Shown: positions 10,426 through 20,241 of the stretch, piece after piece
Position numbering within the stretch: the stretch's first letter is position 1
Layout of the letters: each line of letters starts with the position of its first letter
Origin: Escherichia coli
GTDB taxonomy: Bacteria; Pseudomonadota; Gammaproteobacteria; Enterobacterales; Enterobacteriaceae
Reading direction: 5' to 3' (one strand)
Assembly: GCA_002099625.1 (NCBI GenBank)
Contig: GCA_002099625.1_4857.1
Length of the DNA stretch: 64,000 bases
Notes under the pieces: model-generated
The model's database searches: none
What the model was told of the DNA's origin: nothing
What the model saw: the letters and a program-made list of their open reading frames with translations, nothing else
Program-made: the position numbers and the translations under genes

Positions 10426-10977
10426 ATGAGTTTATTTGGAAAGACCGCAAAAGAGTTGGTTTACGATCTTATCGTGTCCCAGAATCCCGGACTGACTGGC
10501 AAGGGCGTGACCATCGATAAATTGTCGTTCGGTAACCCGTCGCACATCACCGCATCCGATCCTGACCCAGAACAGTACACCAGACTGAACACCAGTCTCG
10601 ATGTTTCTGGTATCGTTGAGAAAGGTACGTTTGGTAAGATGGGTCTTACTTACCGTCGACTGGACGTAGCTCACCTGTTTGAAAACGTGGTGCTGTCTGT
10701 GGACGGTAGTAGCGCCAATACAGCCGCCGACCTCGTTCCGTTGTTACAGGCCAAGTACAATTGGTTGATTGATGCGAGCGAGATTTATGCGACGGAGTCA
10801 ATGACGTCTTCCACGAAACACAATTTGCGTTTCAATGGAAAGTCACTGGCGTGGACGGGTACGGTTGAAGTTTATTTGACCGAAGTTCCGAGCGATGGTG
10901 TCGATATCAGTAAACTGATCACCGTTACCGAGTTGAACGGTCTGGTTTATGACATCTCTGACATGACTCAAGCGTAA
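10426..10977 (+). CDS. Hypothetical protein (183 aa)
   Basis: ATG with GAGGT RBS; followed by a bidirectional hairpin terminator. Confidence 0.6.
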   Translation: MSLFGKTAKELVYDLIVSQNPGLTGKGVTIDKLSFGNPSHITASDPDPEQYTRLNTSLDVSGIVEKGTFGKMGLTYRRLDVAHLFENVVLSVDGSSANTAADLVPLLQAKYNWLIDASEIYATESMTSSTKHNLRFNGKSLAWTGTVEVYLTEVPSDGVDISKLITVTELNGLVYDISDMTQA

Positions 10978-11035
10978 CAAAAAAATAAGTAATGCGAGTA
11001 CCCCTAACGGGGTACTCGTTTGCTTTATTTTTTAG
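10977..11035. terminator. Bidirectional intrinsic terminator between convergent genes
   Basis: A-run, stem CGAGTACCCC / GGGGTACTCG (10995..11018) with TAAC loop, then T-run. Confidence 0.6.
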
Positions 11036-11454
11036 CGTTCAATAATCACTTTTACGATATCTTCTACCGGAGGGTAATACCACAGAACCACGCTGTTTCG
11101 TCCCAAGTCTTTTGGAAACGTTTGACAGTACGCAATGTCGGTGCCGAAGCGTTCAGAGAGCTTTAAAACGTTCTCTGGGAATTGACAGCCTCCTCGCCAA
11201 TCATGCGTATAGAGTACCTGCTGTAGTAACTTCACATTAGCATCGAAGAAGTACAGATTTTCTACCGGTGCAATGTGAGGTACCGGAATCGGTGTGTCGG
11301 TAAGTACGAACTCCAAACCACCGCATTGTTCTGAACGCTCCGCTAGGAATTTCAGATGCCATGGCATTAGACCGTGGTCTTCCCAGACGATGTTGTTGAC
11401 CAGTAAACGATCAACGTATTCATCGTAATCAACCGTGAACAGTTTCTTCGCCAT
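11032..11454 (-). CDS. Hypothetical protein (140 aa)
   Basis: ORF on minus strand, tightly packed with the upstream gene. Confidence 0.5.
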   Translation of the reverse strand: MAKKLFTVDYDEYVDRLLVNNIVWEDHGLMPWHLKFLAERSEQCGGLEFVLTDTPIPVPHIAPVENLYFFDANVKLLQQVLYTHDWRGGCQFPENVLKLSERFGTDIAYCQTFPKDLGRNSVVLWYYPPVEDIVKVIIER

Positions 11455-12343
11455 CTTTCACCTTCTGCTCAAGTTCAGCGGCAGTCATGTCTGCTTCTTT
11501 AACGAAGATACCGTCCGCGTTCAGGAAACCCTTACGGTCTTTGATTTCGTCCCACGCCAGAGAGAAGCACTGTTCCAGAGTCATATCGTACGCATTAGCC
11601 AGCGCATTGGCGTATTCGACCATCTGAGCGAAGTGACATTCGATCATTACCGCGTCGCTGTTCTCGAAGTGTTTATATTCGAGTTGCTTAGCTGAGTCGA
11701 TGCCGGCTTGATCCCAGATGTAATCAACAGCTGCTGTGAGATGGAAACGCATTTTGTGGAACAGGTAATGACTGTTCCCGGCAAGTGGGTTCTTTGAACG
11801 CGCTTCGTTGACATATGTGCTGATATCGGTCGAGTCAAACTTAATGAGTTCCATCAAGTTAACCAACACGACCAGAGCATCACCGATACCGTCCATGATG
11901 TAACGGCGTTTGTTTTTACTGATACCGGTTGCCGCTTCACCGTCTTCTTCGTAGAGTTTGGTGGCTTGGCTATACCAGACGCCGTTATCCAGAATACCAC
12001 GCGCTTTAGACCAACCCATAACGTTAGTAATACATTGTGGGATGGTGTACAAAGGTACGTAACGCGGACGATCAACCGTACCACGATACTCGACACCTTC
12101 CAACGTCCACGGCATTTCGAAATCATTTATTTCCAAACTCTGGTCGCCTGTGAATACTTTACCTTCGACGTAAGTGTGACCGGTTTCACTGTTCACGCAC
12201 AGGGTGTACAGTTTCTCAAAGGACCACGGTTCAACAAACTGACGTTGGCAGAATCCAGCCAGAAGCTCATTAATCTGTGCCAGGTACTGGTTAGGTTCAA
12301 CAATAACGTTATACGGAATCTGGATAATGAAACGGTCGCCCAT
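11429..12343 (-). CDS. Hypothetical protein with possible MazG-like all-alpha nucleotide pyrophosphohydrolase motifs
   Basis: AAGGAG RBS before ATG at 12343. Segments GDALVVLVNLMEL and EYANALANAYDMTLEQCFSLAWDEIKDRKG resemble MazG/dCTPase helices (weak, by eye). Confidence 0.5.
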   Translation of the reverse strand: MGDRFIIQIPYNVIVEPNQYLAQINELLAGFCQRQFVEPWSFEKLYTLCVNSETGHTYVEGKVFTGDQSLEINDFEMPWTLEGVEYRGTVDRPRYVPLYTIPQCITNVMGWSKARGILDNGVWYSQATKLYEEDGEAATGISKNKRRYIMDGIGDALVVLVNLMELIKFDSTDISTYVNEARSKNPLAGNSHYLFHKMRFHLTAAVDYIWDQAGIDSAKQLEYKHFENSDAVMIECHFAQMVEYANALANAYDMTLEQCFSLAWDEIKDRKGFLNADGIFVKEADMTAAELEQKVKDGEETVHG

Positions 12344-12354
12344 TTTGATAGCTC

Positions 12355-12397
12355 CTTAAACAAAAAAAAATAAGTAGGGTGTCCATATGGACACCCT
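12355..12397 (-). terminator. Intrinsic terminator (minus strand)
   Basis: Stem TAGGGTGTCC / GGACACCCTA (12374..12397) followed on the minus strand by a 9-T run; the next gene's RBS follows directly. Confidence 0.55.
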
Positions 12398-12407
12398 AAT
12401 ACGTATT

Positions 12408-12596
12408 TTAAATCTTGCACGCACCACCAGTGCAGTTGTCGTCGTCTTTCGACGGGTCAACGCCACCTTCCACACCTGCGTCAGGGTCAAGTCCAGGGAT
12501 AACCATCTCGTCATCCGGAGACATGTTTACATCCGCACCTAACCCATCACGATACATGAACGTTGTGGCTTGCCCACGACCGAGTTCTCCAGCCAT
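12408..12596 (-). CDS. Small hypothetical protein (62 aa)
   Basis: Short ORF between a terminator and the downstream gene; Gly/Asp-rich. Confidence 0.3.
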   Translation of the reverse strand: MAGELGRGQATTFMYRDGLGADVNMSPDDEMVIPGLDPDAGVEGGVDPSKDDDNCTGGACKI

Positions 12597-12608
12597 ATTT
12601 TCCTCTAC

Positions 12609-13088
12609 TTAATTAATCAGGTGTATCACAACGTCTGGCGTTACTACGTCGACCAGACTGCGATAGATTTTATCGTAACTGAACTTGTTGAAGAAGAAAC
12701 CCGCTTCATCGACAATAACCAAGCCGAATTTCTCGTAGCCGGATATACCAGCACCCGTCGCGCGTTTCCAACCCTCGGGCAAGTAGTTACAGTGCACGGT
12801 CAGCCAACCGTTCCCAGCGGCTTTTTCATGGAATTTCTCCACCACTTCGCTCCGTAACGCTTCGTTGTGAACCAGATACAGAACGCTGCCGTGGAACTTT
12901 GCTGACATATCAACAGCGTGTGTTGTAACGCCTTTCTGACGACCAGCGCCATAGCGGATAGTGCGGAACTCGCTCAGTGCAATATGTGGTAAAAAGCCAC
13001 AGCTGCGGGCTTCATTGGAGTCCAGTTCGATAAGACCTTTGGACAGTTCTTTTACTACGGCGCGATAATCGATCCGAGTTATAGACAT
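12609..13088 (-). CDS. Hypothetical protein (159 aa)
   Basis: ORF in the minus-strand gene array; contains LVIVDEAG (Walker-B-like) but no clear P-loop. Confidence 0.5.
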   Translation of the reverse strand: MSITRIDYRAVVKELSKGLIELDSNEARSCGFLPHIALSEFRTIRYGAGRQKGVTTHAVDMSAKFHGSVLYLVHNEALRSEVVEKFHEKAAGNGWLTVHCNYLPEGWKRATGAGISGYEKFGLVIVDEAGFFFNKFSYDKIYRSLVDVVTPDVVIHLIN

Positions 13089-13099
13089 CTGTTTTCACC

Positions 13100-13867
13100 T
13101 TATTTGTAGTTAACCGTATACGGCGCGCCCTGCTTAGTAAAGCCAACCGTCAGCTTGCTCGCCTCTTTCTTTACCCATGCGGGTAATTCTTCACGGAATG
13201 CCGGGTTCAAGAACCAAATCTGCTCATAGCGCCCGTCAATCTTTTCAACAACACGTTCCCAACCTTCGACGTACGTCAACGAGAACCATTTAAAACGCGC
13301 ATGGCGTGCCCAGTAGTGGTATTCGATGGTTCGACCGACGTGAGTCAAGACATCAATCAGAACTTGGTAGAAGCTCGGCTTTCCGATGACATGGGTATAC
13401 TCGAAGATAACAGATTCTTCGCCAGGGACGAAGTTATCTTCAAAATTCTTCTCCCCTGCTAAAGGTACCATTATCGTGTCGTTGTTGATACACAGCAACC
13501 AGTGCTTATTCGAAAATATCGGCGTGTCGCCCGAGAAACGAGCCCAGCGATAATTTTCAATCGCGACGCCAATCTGTGGCCGTAGTGTATCGACCACCTT
13601 CGCTATCGCTGCAGGATCTATCGGCTCATAGACCAGACAAATCGCTTGCACTTGCTCTCTTTCCTGCTCAGGTTCCGCAGGTCGTGGTCGCCGCCCCAGC
13701 ATCAAAATCCCACTAAGATTAGTTTCCCCAATCTCAATGATTTCTATTTCGCTAGTAGGAAGCTGCCGTTTAGCGTCCTCCATGTCGACGGCCCCTAATA
13801 ACCCGTATTCGTAGTCGTCGAATTCCACTGTGTAGAATTCATCGGAGAACGCAAAGAGTTTCATCAT
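13100..13867 (-). CDS. Hypothetical protein (255 aa)
   Basis: ORF in array. Confidence 0.5.
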   Translation of the reverse strand: MMKLFAFSDEFYTVEFDDYEYGLLGAVDMEDAKRQLPTSEIEIIEIGETNLSGILMLGRRPRPAEPEQEREQVQAICLVYEPIDPAAIAKVVDTLRPQIGVAIENYRWARFSGDTPIFSNKHWLLCINNDTIMVPLAGEKNFEDNFVPGEESVIFEYTHVIGKPSFYQVLIDVLTHVGRTIEYHYWARHARFKWFSLTYVEGWERVVEKIDGRYEQIWFLNPAFREELPAWVKKEASKLTVGFTKQGAPYTVNYK

Positions 13868-13868
13868 C

Positions 13869-14132
13869 TTATTTCTCCATTGTTTTAAAGAGAACGTCTA
13901 CGCTGTTACGGAGCATATTCAATTCTTCTTCTTTCTTACGCAGCAGCATTTCAGGAGCGTTCTTTGCAAACTCTTTCAATGCCATTTGGACGACATGCGA
14001 ATCGGTTTCGTCCGGGAACAGGGCCTTTAATGCAACCCATTCTTCCGCCGTGAAAACATCGCCTTTGCGAACATTACGCTGTTGTGGTAGTCGAATTGTT
14101 TTACTGAGTCGGTCAGTCATAGCTCCACCCAA
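13869..14132 (-). CDS. Hypothetical protein (about 87 aa)
   Basis: ORF in array; start uncertain. Confidence 0.4.
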   Translation of the reverse strand: MGGAMTDRLSKTIRLPQQRNVRKGDVFTAEEWVALKALFPDETDSHVVQMALKEFAKNAPEMLLRKKEEELNMLRNSVDVLFKTMEK

Positions 14133-14653
14133 ATCAGTTTAAAGGTATTACCTTCTAAGCCGGTCGGATGGATAATCATCGCTTCGGTATAGATAGGCTC
14201 TTCTTCTGCAATACGGTGCTCAGCTGCTAAGCCTGAAAGGTGCATGTAGAGGTCTTCATCCATATCCCCGTTAAAAGATGAGGTCAGGATGAAAGGTGTG
14301 GATTCTGCGATTTGCAAAAGCGTTTCTTTGCTAATCTGCATCTCCATTGTCCGACGTCGTTCCATCCAACTGCCTTGTTCGTGGATATACGGGTCGGTAT
14401 TAATGCGAACGACAGGTTCCGTAGACATACCCAGACCACGCGACATCATCTGGATAGCCAGAAGCGTCCACCATTCTTGTTCAGCTATCGGGAAACCGAT
14501 GGCTTTCATTGTACCGTCTGGTTGTGGAACGTGCAATTGTCCACGATGTTCGTCTGGAAACTCGATGATCTTCTGTCCGTTGATAGGAATAAACGGCGGT
14601 TCGTCCGTAGCAACCACCGCTTTAGGCTTGAAGGGAACGACGTTGTCAGCCAT
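14117..14653 (-). CDS. Hypothetical protein (178 aa)
   Basis: ORF in array. Confidence 0.5.
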   Translation of the reverse strand: MADNVVPFKPKAVVATDEPPFIPINGQKIIEFPDEHRGQLHVPQPDGTMKAIGFPIAEQEWWTLLAIQMMSRGLGMSTEPVVRINTDPYIHEQGSWMERRRTMEMQISKETLLQIAESTPFILTSSFNGDMDEDLYMHLSGLAAEHRIAEEEPIYTEAMIIHPTGLEGNTFKLIWVEL

Positions 14654-14665
14654 AAACGCTCCTAA

Positions 14666-15703
14666 TTAGATAGCGACAGGTGCTTTAATTGGGTCGTGTG
14701 ATACGTAATCCTGGATCTCAAAATCATCGAACTTATAATCGAAGATAGATTCCGGTTTACGTTTGATGACCAGTTTCGCCAAAGGTAAAGGTTCGCGCGT
14801 CAGCTGCAGCTTGGCCTGCTCCAGATGGTTGGAGTACAGATGCACGTCACCGCCGCTCCAAACGAAATCGCCTGGCACCATGTTAACTTGCTGAGCTACC
14901 ATGTGTACGAGTAATGCGTAAGACGCGATATTGAACGGTACGCCAAGGAAAAAATCTGCACTACGTTGATAGAGCTGGCATGAAAGAATGCGGCGAGGTA
15001 TTTCAAGTGCGTCCATCTCAACGTGGAACACTGCGTCATCTGCTACAGCTTCATTACTAAAGCGGGAATCGTTAAATTGATCTGGAAGGTTCTTTTCAAA
15101 CCAATCAAGGCGCTCGTCGATAGACAGCTCACGAGTGTAGAACTGAAAGAACGCATGACACGGAGCTAACGCCATTTGATCCAACTCGCCCACGTTCCAT
15201 GCGCTGACAATAATACGACGACTGTCCGGGTCGTTACGCAGCTGGCCCATAACCGTCTGGATTTGGTCGTGCTCTTTCAGAAGTACACGCGCATCGAACA
15301 TTTGTGAACCATCGTCCGCGTCGCCATAATCTGCGTATCCAGCATCCTGCAGTTTCTCGAGTAAAGCTGCATTTTTCTTAGGCACCAGTTTCACATCTTT
15401 CCAACGTCTCCATTGTGCACCATAGATTTCACCTAGGTCACCGTTCTCATCTTGCCACTCACGCCAGATTGTGACCCCGTTGTCTTCCAGATATTTGGTG
15501 TTGGTGTCACCGTTAAGGAACCAGAGAAGTTCGTGAATAATAGAACGCAGGTGGAGTTTTTTAGTCGTGACTAACGGGAAGCCTTTGCGCAAATCAAAAC
15601 GCATTTGGCGACCAAAGACGGAGAGCGTCCCTGTCCCAGTACGATCGCCCTTAACATGCCCTTCATCCAGAATATTCTGCATCATTTCAAGATACTGTTT
15701 CAC
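14666..15703 (-). CDS. thyA: Thymidylate synthase (ThyA family) with two internal insertions
   Basis: Near-identical blocks to E. coli ThyA: [51 protein letters not shown] (catalytic Cys), [45 protein letters not shown] and C-terminal PIKAPVAI. Start re-picked at GTG 15703 with AAGGA RBS so the N-terminus matches MKQYLE. Confidence 0.85.
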   Translation of the reverse strand: MKQYLEMMQNILDEGHVKGDRTGTGTLSVFGRQMRFDLRKGFPLVTTKKLHLRSIIHELLWFLNGDTNTKYLEDNGVTIWREWQDENGDLGEIYGAQWRRWKDVKLVPKKNAALLEKLQDAGYADYGDADDGSQMFDARVLLKEHDQIQTVMGQLRNDPDSRRIIVSAWNVGELDQMALAPCHAFFQFYTRELSIDERLDWFEKNLPDQFNDSRFSNEAVADDAVFHVEMDALEIPRRILSCQLYQRSADFFLGVPFNIASYALLVHMVAQQVNMVPGDFVWSGGDVHLYSNHLEQAKLQLTREPLPLAKLVIKRKPESIFDYKFDDFEIQDYVSHDPIKAPVAI

Positions 15704-15705
15704 AA

Positions 15706-16575
15706 TTATTTTCCTTTCAATAAATTCAAAATGTCTCTTAAATCGTCGTTCGCACAAATGTTTACGGCGTTACCGTCGAACTTAACATCAACGCGAGGGT
15801 TACGATTGAACAACATTTGTTTTCTTACTATCCACGGTTCAAAGTGCGCCTTGAGAAGCTCTTGCAGCTTTTCGTTCATAATGTCCTCCATCCGCAGCAA
15901 TAGCTGCGGCATGGCGACTTCACCGTTATGTTCGGTTTGTAAATCATTCGATGTGGCCAAAAGGCAATTTACAATAATGTCGTGAACTGACTCGTTGGTT
16001 TTGTACACCGTCTGATAGGTTTGTTTCGCCAAATCGTCGTCGGATAACGGCAACGATGCTTTGAGCAGTTCGCCGAGCGTGCTTGTCGTTTCAGGCGTCT
16101 TAACGAGCTTACGATGGCCATTAAAAACAACACGGTCAAACTCCAGCCCGCAACGACACGCCAACAATTGATACTGTCTCATCAACTTACGAAGCAGCGC
16201 GCTATAACTCTTAGCGTCAGGTTCTGGTTCACGCAAAACAACACTAACGGTCTCGACTGCAATTAACATGAGCTGCTGCAGTTGTCCTTCTTTCGTGCCA
16301 GTTGTAGTACGAACAGACACCGCATCACTCAACGGAACGACAATATCACCGAGGTTAGAATGTGGACCGAGGTGTAGCAGCGCGGCAAATGTCCAAATCG
16401 ATTCACCGATACCGGCAGCCACCTTTAAGTTATCCAGTTCATCGACACCTGCTGAGATCCTGCCGAGTGTGACGTAATACTTCACCAACTGACGTTCAGT
16501 CGCTTTCTGTTGGTAAATATCTGTCTTGCGAAACCACTCTTCGACTGCCTGAACTTGCTGAATGATGCTAGGCAC
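15706..16575 (-). CDS. Hypothetical protein (about 289 aa)
   Basis: ORF directly upstream of thyA; start re-picked at GTG 16575 with GGGAGGAAG RBS to limit overlap with the preceding gene. Confidence 0.5.
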   Translation of the reverse strand: MPSIIQQVQAVEEWFRKTDIYQQKATERQLVKYYVTLGRISAGVDELDNLKVAAGIGESIWTFAALLHLGPHSNLGDIVVPLSDAVSVRTTTGTKEGQLQQLMLIAVETVSVVLREPEPDAKSYSALLRKLMRQYQLLACRCGLEFDRVVFNGHRKLVKTPETTSTLGELLKASLPLSDDDLAKQTYQTVYKTNESVHDIIVNCLLATSNDLQTEHNGEVAMPQLLLRMEDIMNEKLQELLKAHFEPWIVRKQMLFNRNPRVDVKFDGNAVNICANDDLRDILNLLKGK

Positions 16576-16990
16576 AGACTTCTTCCTCCCGATACGCGTA
16601 GCAGATTGCAAAGTTAAGCTGGCCGGTTGCGCGAGAAACGACAACGGCGATAGTCTGGTCTTCCACACCCGACATCGGTGTGCCCTGGTTAACCATTTGA
16701 CCTGCGGCCTTGCTTACCGGACCCAGCAAACGCCAGCTGTACAGACGGCTACGTAACGCTGCGTTTTGTAAGAAAGCGGAGCCGCAATCATAGTCGACAT
16801 TAAACGCTGCAAACATTGGACCACAGTCTGCCATCGTGCCGTTTAACGGCAGCTCGCTCGTTACCACAATCTTCACAGGCTTGTCTTTGAGACGCTGTGC
16901 TAACGCTTCCCAGTTAGCGTTATTAGTGCCAGCGATGATGGTGTTGTTCAGAAGTAAGCCAACGCCTTTTTCAAACGCGATATTGTTCAT
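16568..16990 (-). CDS. Hypothetical protein (140 aa)
   Basis: ORF in array; no motif recognised. Confidence 0.45.
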   Translation of the reverse strand: MNNIAFEKGVGLLLNNTIIAGTNNANWEALAQRLKDKPVKIVVTSELPLNGTMADCGPMFAAFNVDYDCGSAFLQNAALRSRLYSWRLLGPVSKAAGQMVNQGTPMSGVEDQTIAVVVSRATGQLNFAICYAYREEEVCA

Positions 16991-17038
16991 TATAGTTCTC
17001 CTTGAGGTCTTTTACATACGTACAGCCGTGGCCGTAAA

Positions 17039-17401
17039 TTATCGAAGAATAAGAATTTGACTACAGTCGTGCACATTGTACGTATTCATCCTGGGCTTGC
17101 TAGGCGGGTTGAATCCCATCAATAATTCGCACAATACACGACCAGGCTGCCCACTGAAGATAACCAGATGCGTGGTGTCTTCGCCGTCTCCAAGTCGGGA
17201 GAAAGCAACGCGTGGCGACGCAGCTTGCGTGTAGAGTTGCAATAGTTGAAACTTACCTTCTGCGAAGGGAGCAAGTTTCTCTTTCCACTCGACCATAGAT
17301 GTTTCGTCGAGTTCTAACGTGCGTACACGTCTCCCGTCACTATCCGGAACACCACAAACAAACACGATTCCGTGACGATTAAAGAAGAAGCCGATTTGCA
17401 T
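17039..17401 (-). CDS. Hypothetical protein (120 aa)
   Basis: ORF following a terminator. Confidence 0.5.
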   Translation of the reverse strand: MQIGFFFNRHGIVFVCGVPDSDGRRVRTLELDETSMVEWKEKLAPFAEGKFQLLQLYTQAASPRVAFSRLGDGEDTTHLVIFSGQPGRVLCELLMGFNPPSKPRMNTYNVHDCSQILILR

Positions 17402-17414
17402 TTACATACTCCTT

Positions 17415-17453
17415 AAGATAAAAAATAAAGATACCCTCTCCCGAAGGAGAGGG
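17415..17453 (-). terminator. Intrinsic terminator (minus strand)
   Basis: Stem CCCTCTCC / GGAGAGGG with CGAA loop (17434..17453), T-run on the minus strand. Confidence 0.55.
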
Positions 17454-17459
17454 CACGAC

Positions 17460-18122
17460 TTAGATGCGGGTTTCATTATCCCAGTAGTTCCGAATGACTT
17501 CCTGGGCTTCAGCATCCGACGGGTTGCCTGGAATAGCGTCTTCTACTGCAAACGGCAATACGTCCTTGATAGACGTCAGCTCAAATCGCTCAACTTCCAG
17601 TTCGACTTTTACCCACTCGCCGAATGTAGTGGAGTCGCGCAGTTCGTTGACAAGGTCTTCGAAACCTGCCTGCGATTCGATAACTGGGTGACCTGCCAGT
17701 TTAAAGAACAAGTCGATATCCCAATGCTTCGCACCTTGCTCTGCCAGTTCACCTGGTTCGAGTTTGATACGACGCACGAGATGTGCAAGATTGCCATCTT
17801 CGTAGAAGGTCAGACCCGAGGCAAACCCGATATCCGAGTTCTCTTCGATACGACCATCAGATGCTTGTCGTTTTAACGTTAAGACTGCGGTTTTATCGGT
17901 GGACAACCGCACACGACGTTTGCCGTTAACGACCGGCATGATGACATCCAGGAACGTTTCACCTGTCTGACCAAACAGCCATTGCCAACCTTCTTCAGTG
18001 GGTTTAACCCACATGCAATACTCACGTTCCTTCTCCGTAGAGATGGACTCACGCGCAACAGTAATGACTTCTTTTTCCTGCTGCTCGTCTAAGTTTTTGA
18101 GAATATCAAATAGTCCCATCAT
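17460..18122 (-). CDS. Hypothetical protein (220 aa)
   Basis: ORF in array, ends before the hairpin at 17434..17453. Confidence 0.55.
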   Translation of the reverse strand: MMGLFDILKNLDEQQEKEVITVARESISTEKEREYCMWVKPTEEGWQWLFGQTGETFLDVIMPVVNGKRRVRLSTDKTAVLTLKRQASDGRIEENSDIGFASGLTFYEDGNLAHLVRRIKLEPGELAEQGAKHWDIDLFFKLAGHPVIESQAGFEDLVNELRDSTTFGEWVKVELEVERFELTSIKDVLPFAVEDAIPGNPSDAEAQEVIRNYWDNETRI

Positions 18123-18957
18123 CGATTCCTAGTTTCTTCAAAAGTTCGGTTCGATCAAACGTACTGTCCTCAGGATCGATATGTTCAGCTATCATCTCAA
18201 TCAGATTTGGTAGCCAGTCCCAGTGTGCTGGGAATATCTTACGCCCTTGCATCATGTAATAATGCTTAAGCGGGATACGTGCTCGCAGAATCTCTGCAAA
18301 TACATTACCTAACGATGTCCCGTCGACCGACAGTATAAAGAGTTTATTTACCAGCGCATGGATAAAGCGGCTTTCTGTAACCGGGGTAAATGAACCGGGC
18401 TTATAACTGGTTCCTCCGTAGATTTCCGCTTTCAGATTACGACCTAGCCGGATACAGTCGCTGCCATCTAGTGCACGCAACTTCTCAATATCAGGCCAGG
18501 TGTTCACTGCCTGTCGCATGATATCAAATTCCATCACCGAAGTGCGGTTATCAATTTCACGCATTAAGTAATCCAGAATACGCAGGTAATGATAATAACC
18601 TTCGAGCGTCCGGAAAGGTCCGTGGGGGGTAACAAAATACTCACCAGGGCGAGCATAGAAGTTACTCGCCATCCGACCTATCTCAGTTCGCCCCTGCGAA
18701 TAGATGTTGAAGTGATTCAGACCGTCTGTAGACGGCGTGATATCCACCAAGGTACTCTGGTAACCCATACGCAGTAAATAGCGTACAAAGGCTTCCTTTT
18801 CTTCTGGTGGTAGGATGGGACGTAAAACAGGATATGTGGCTTCTACCGAGGCGGGCAACGTAAACCCAAAAGCAGCCGCCAAAGCATCCACCGATGCACC
18901 ATCGACACGTAGACGTTCCAACGCACTACGCAAAAACTTACCTTCATCTTTCGACAT
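18106..18957 (-). CDS. Hypothetical protein (283 aa)
   Basis: ORF in array. Confidence 0.55.
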   Translation of the reverse strand: MSKDEGKFLRSALERLRVDGASVDALAAAFGFTLPASVEATYPVLRPILPPEEKEAFVRYLLRMGYQSTLVDITPSTDGLNHFNIYSQGRTEIGRMASNFYARPGEYFVTPHGPFRTLEGYYHYLRILDYLMREIDNRTSVMEFDIMRQAVNTWPDIEKLRALDGSDCIRLGRNLKAEIYGGTSYKPGSFTPVTESRFIHALVNKLFILSVDGTSLGNVFAEILRARIPLKHYYMMQGRKIFPAHWDWLPNLIEMIAEHIDPEDSTFDRTELLKKLGIDDGTI

Positions 18958-18966
18958 AGAGGTACC

Positions 18967-20241
18967 TTACAAGGCGAAATAGCTCTGCACCAGCGTACTG
19001 GCAGACTGATATTGGACACTACCACCGGCGATAACGTACGGACGTTTCTCGGTGGTCAGGAGTGCTTGAATCGCATTACTGTTGGCGTACGTGTAAAGCT
19101 TAAGCTCAACCATTCCAGGATTCGTTTTAGAGATATCCCAGTTTGGATTAAGCGCATTAAACAACGTCAACAGTCGCTGACCGTAGGTGCTGTAACCCAC
19201 CCCCGGCTCAACGTTAAGGTTCATCAGAAGATTCTGAATAACAGTATCTGCAATCTCAGCACCTTGACCTGGCTGTAGTTTAGGCAAGTAATACTCAACA
19301 GAATTGAGATTGCCAGCAGCCGCAGCCTGTATCATCAGTTCGCCGTACAACGCTTGTTGTGCAATAGGATCGGTGATAGCCTGAATCATCGGATCGATGC
19401 GATTCGGCAGACCGTATTGATTGAGCTTTGTGGACATACCGTATATCAACGCAGACGAGGTGTTGATATCCAGCGAGGAGAAATTCCCACTCCCGCCCGT
19501 AAAGCTATCAATGATCCCGTCGATAGACAAGAAGTCGTCCAGGTCCTTAAAGCTATCAAACGTGTGCGTAACATCGTCAATCAGTGCGGTGACTTGCCAC
19601 TTGGCGCTATTGGCCATATCGACGTAGTTACCGATTTCACGCTGTACCTCACCAGGCAGTTTGGCAAGCTGTCCCGCGATGTTCATCGTGGACTCCAGGC
19701 GAGCTTTCACTGACGCATAATCTGTCCCGACCGCGCTTAAAGCGCTATCGCGAAGATCAGTCAGTGTATCCCATCCCTTACTTAACAGACTACCTGCACC
19801 GCCCGGTGAGAGATAGCTCAGTGCAGTTTTCCCTTCCTGGTTTACCTTCTGAAAGGGTTCGGACACATCGCGCTTCTGTGGATCGATAACTGGCAGCGCT
19901 TCTTTCGTGTTGGAAGCAAAAGTAGGCACACGTTGAGGCGGCGATACTCCGGAAGCCGCTGAACCTGCTGCCTTTTTACCACCTACCGTGACTTGGTCGC
20001 CACCCCCGAACACGTTACCAAATTTTTCACTTATCGTGTTGCCAATGTTGGAGATCTTGTCGAAAGTTTCCCCTGCTTTGGCGGTTACGTTATTGTACAA
20101 ATTTTGAGCACTTTCAATACCGCGCTCGGCATTACCAATTGTTGACTGGACACGGTTTTGAACATCGTTAACTTTGTTCTCTATTGCGCCCGTTGTGCTG
20201 CTTATCTGGTTGGTAATCCCATCAAGGTTGTTCAGTTTCAT
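18967..20241 (-). CDS. Hypothetical protein (424 aa)
   Basis: ORF in array. Confidence 0.55.
   Translation of the reverse strand: MKLNNLDGITNQISSTTGAIENKVNDVQNRVQSTIGNAERGIESAQNLYNNVTAKAGETFDKISNIGNTISEKFGNVFGGGDQVTVGGKKAAGSAASGVSPPQRVPTFASNTKEALPVIDPQKRDVSEPFQKVNQEGKTALSYLSPGGAGSLLSKGWDTLTDLRDSALSAVGTDYASVKARLESTMNIAGQLAKLPGEVQREIGNYVDMANSAKWQVTALIDDVTHTFDSFKDLDDFLSIDGIIDSFTGGSGNFSSLDINTSSALIYGMSTKLNQYGLPNRIDPMIQAITDPIAQQALYGELMIQAAAAGNLNSVEYYLPKLQPGQGAEIADTVIQNLLMNLNVEPGVGYSTYGQRLLTLFNALNPNWDISKTNPGMVELKLYTYANSNAIQALLTTEKRPYVIAGGSVQYQSASTLVQSYFAL

Noticed and set aside
15706-16575. Searched ORF products for the tubulin/FtsZ signature GGGTGSG (PhuZ) that would accompany a phage-nucleus system
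   Set aside because: No such motif found in any ORF in this window; the nucleus shell protein cannot be recognised by motif alone, so nothing was called.
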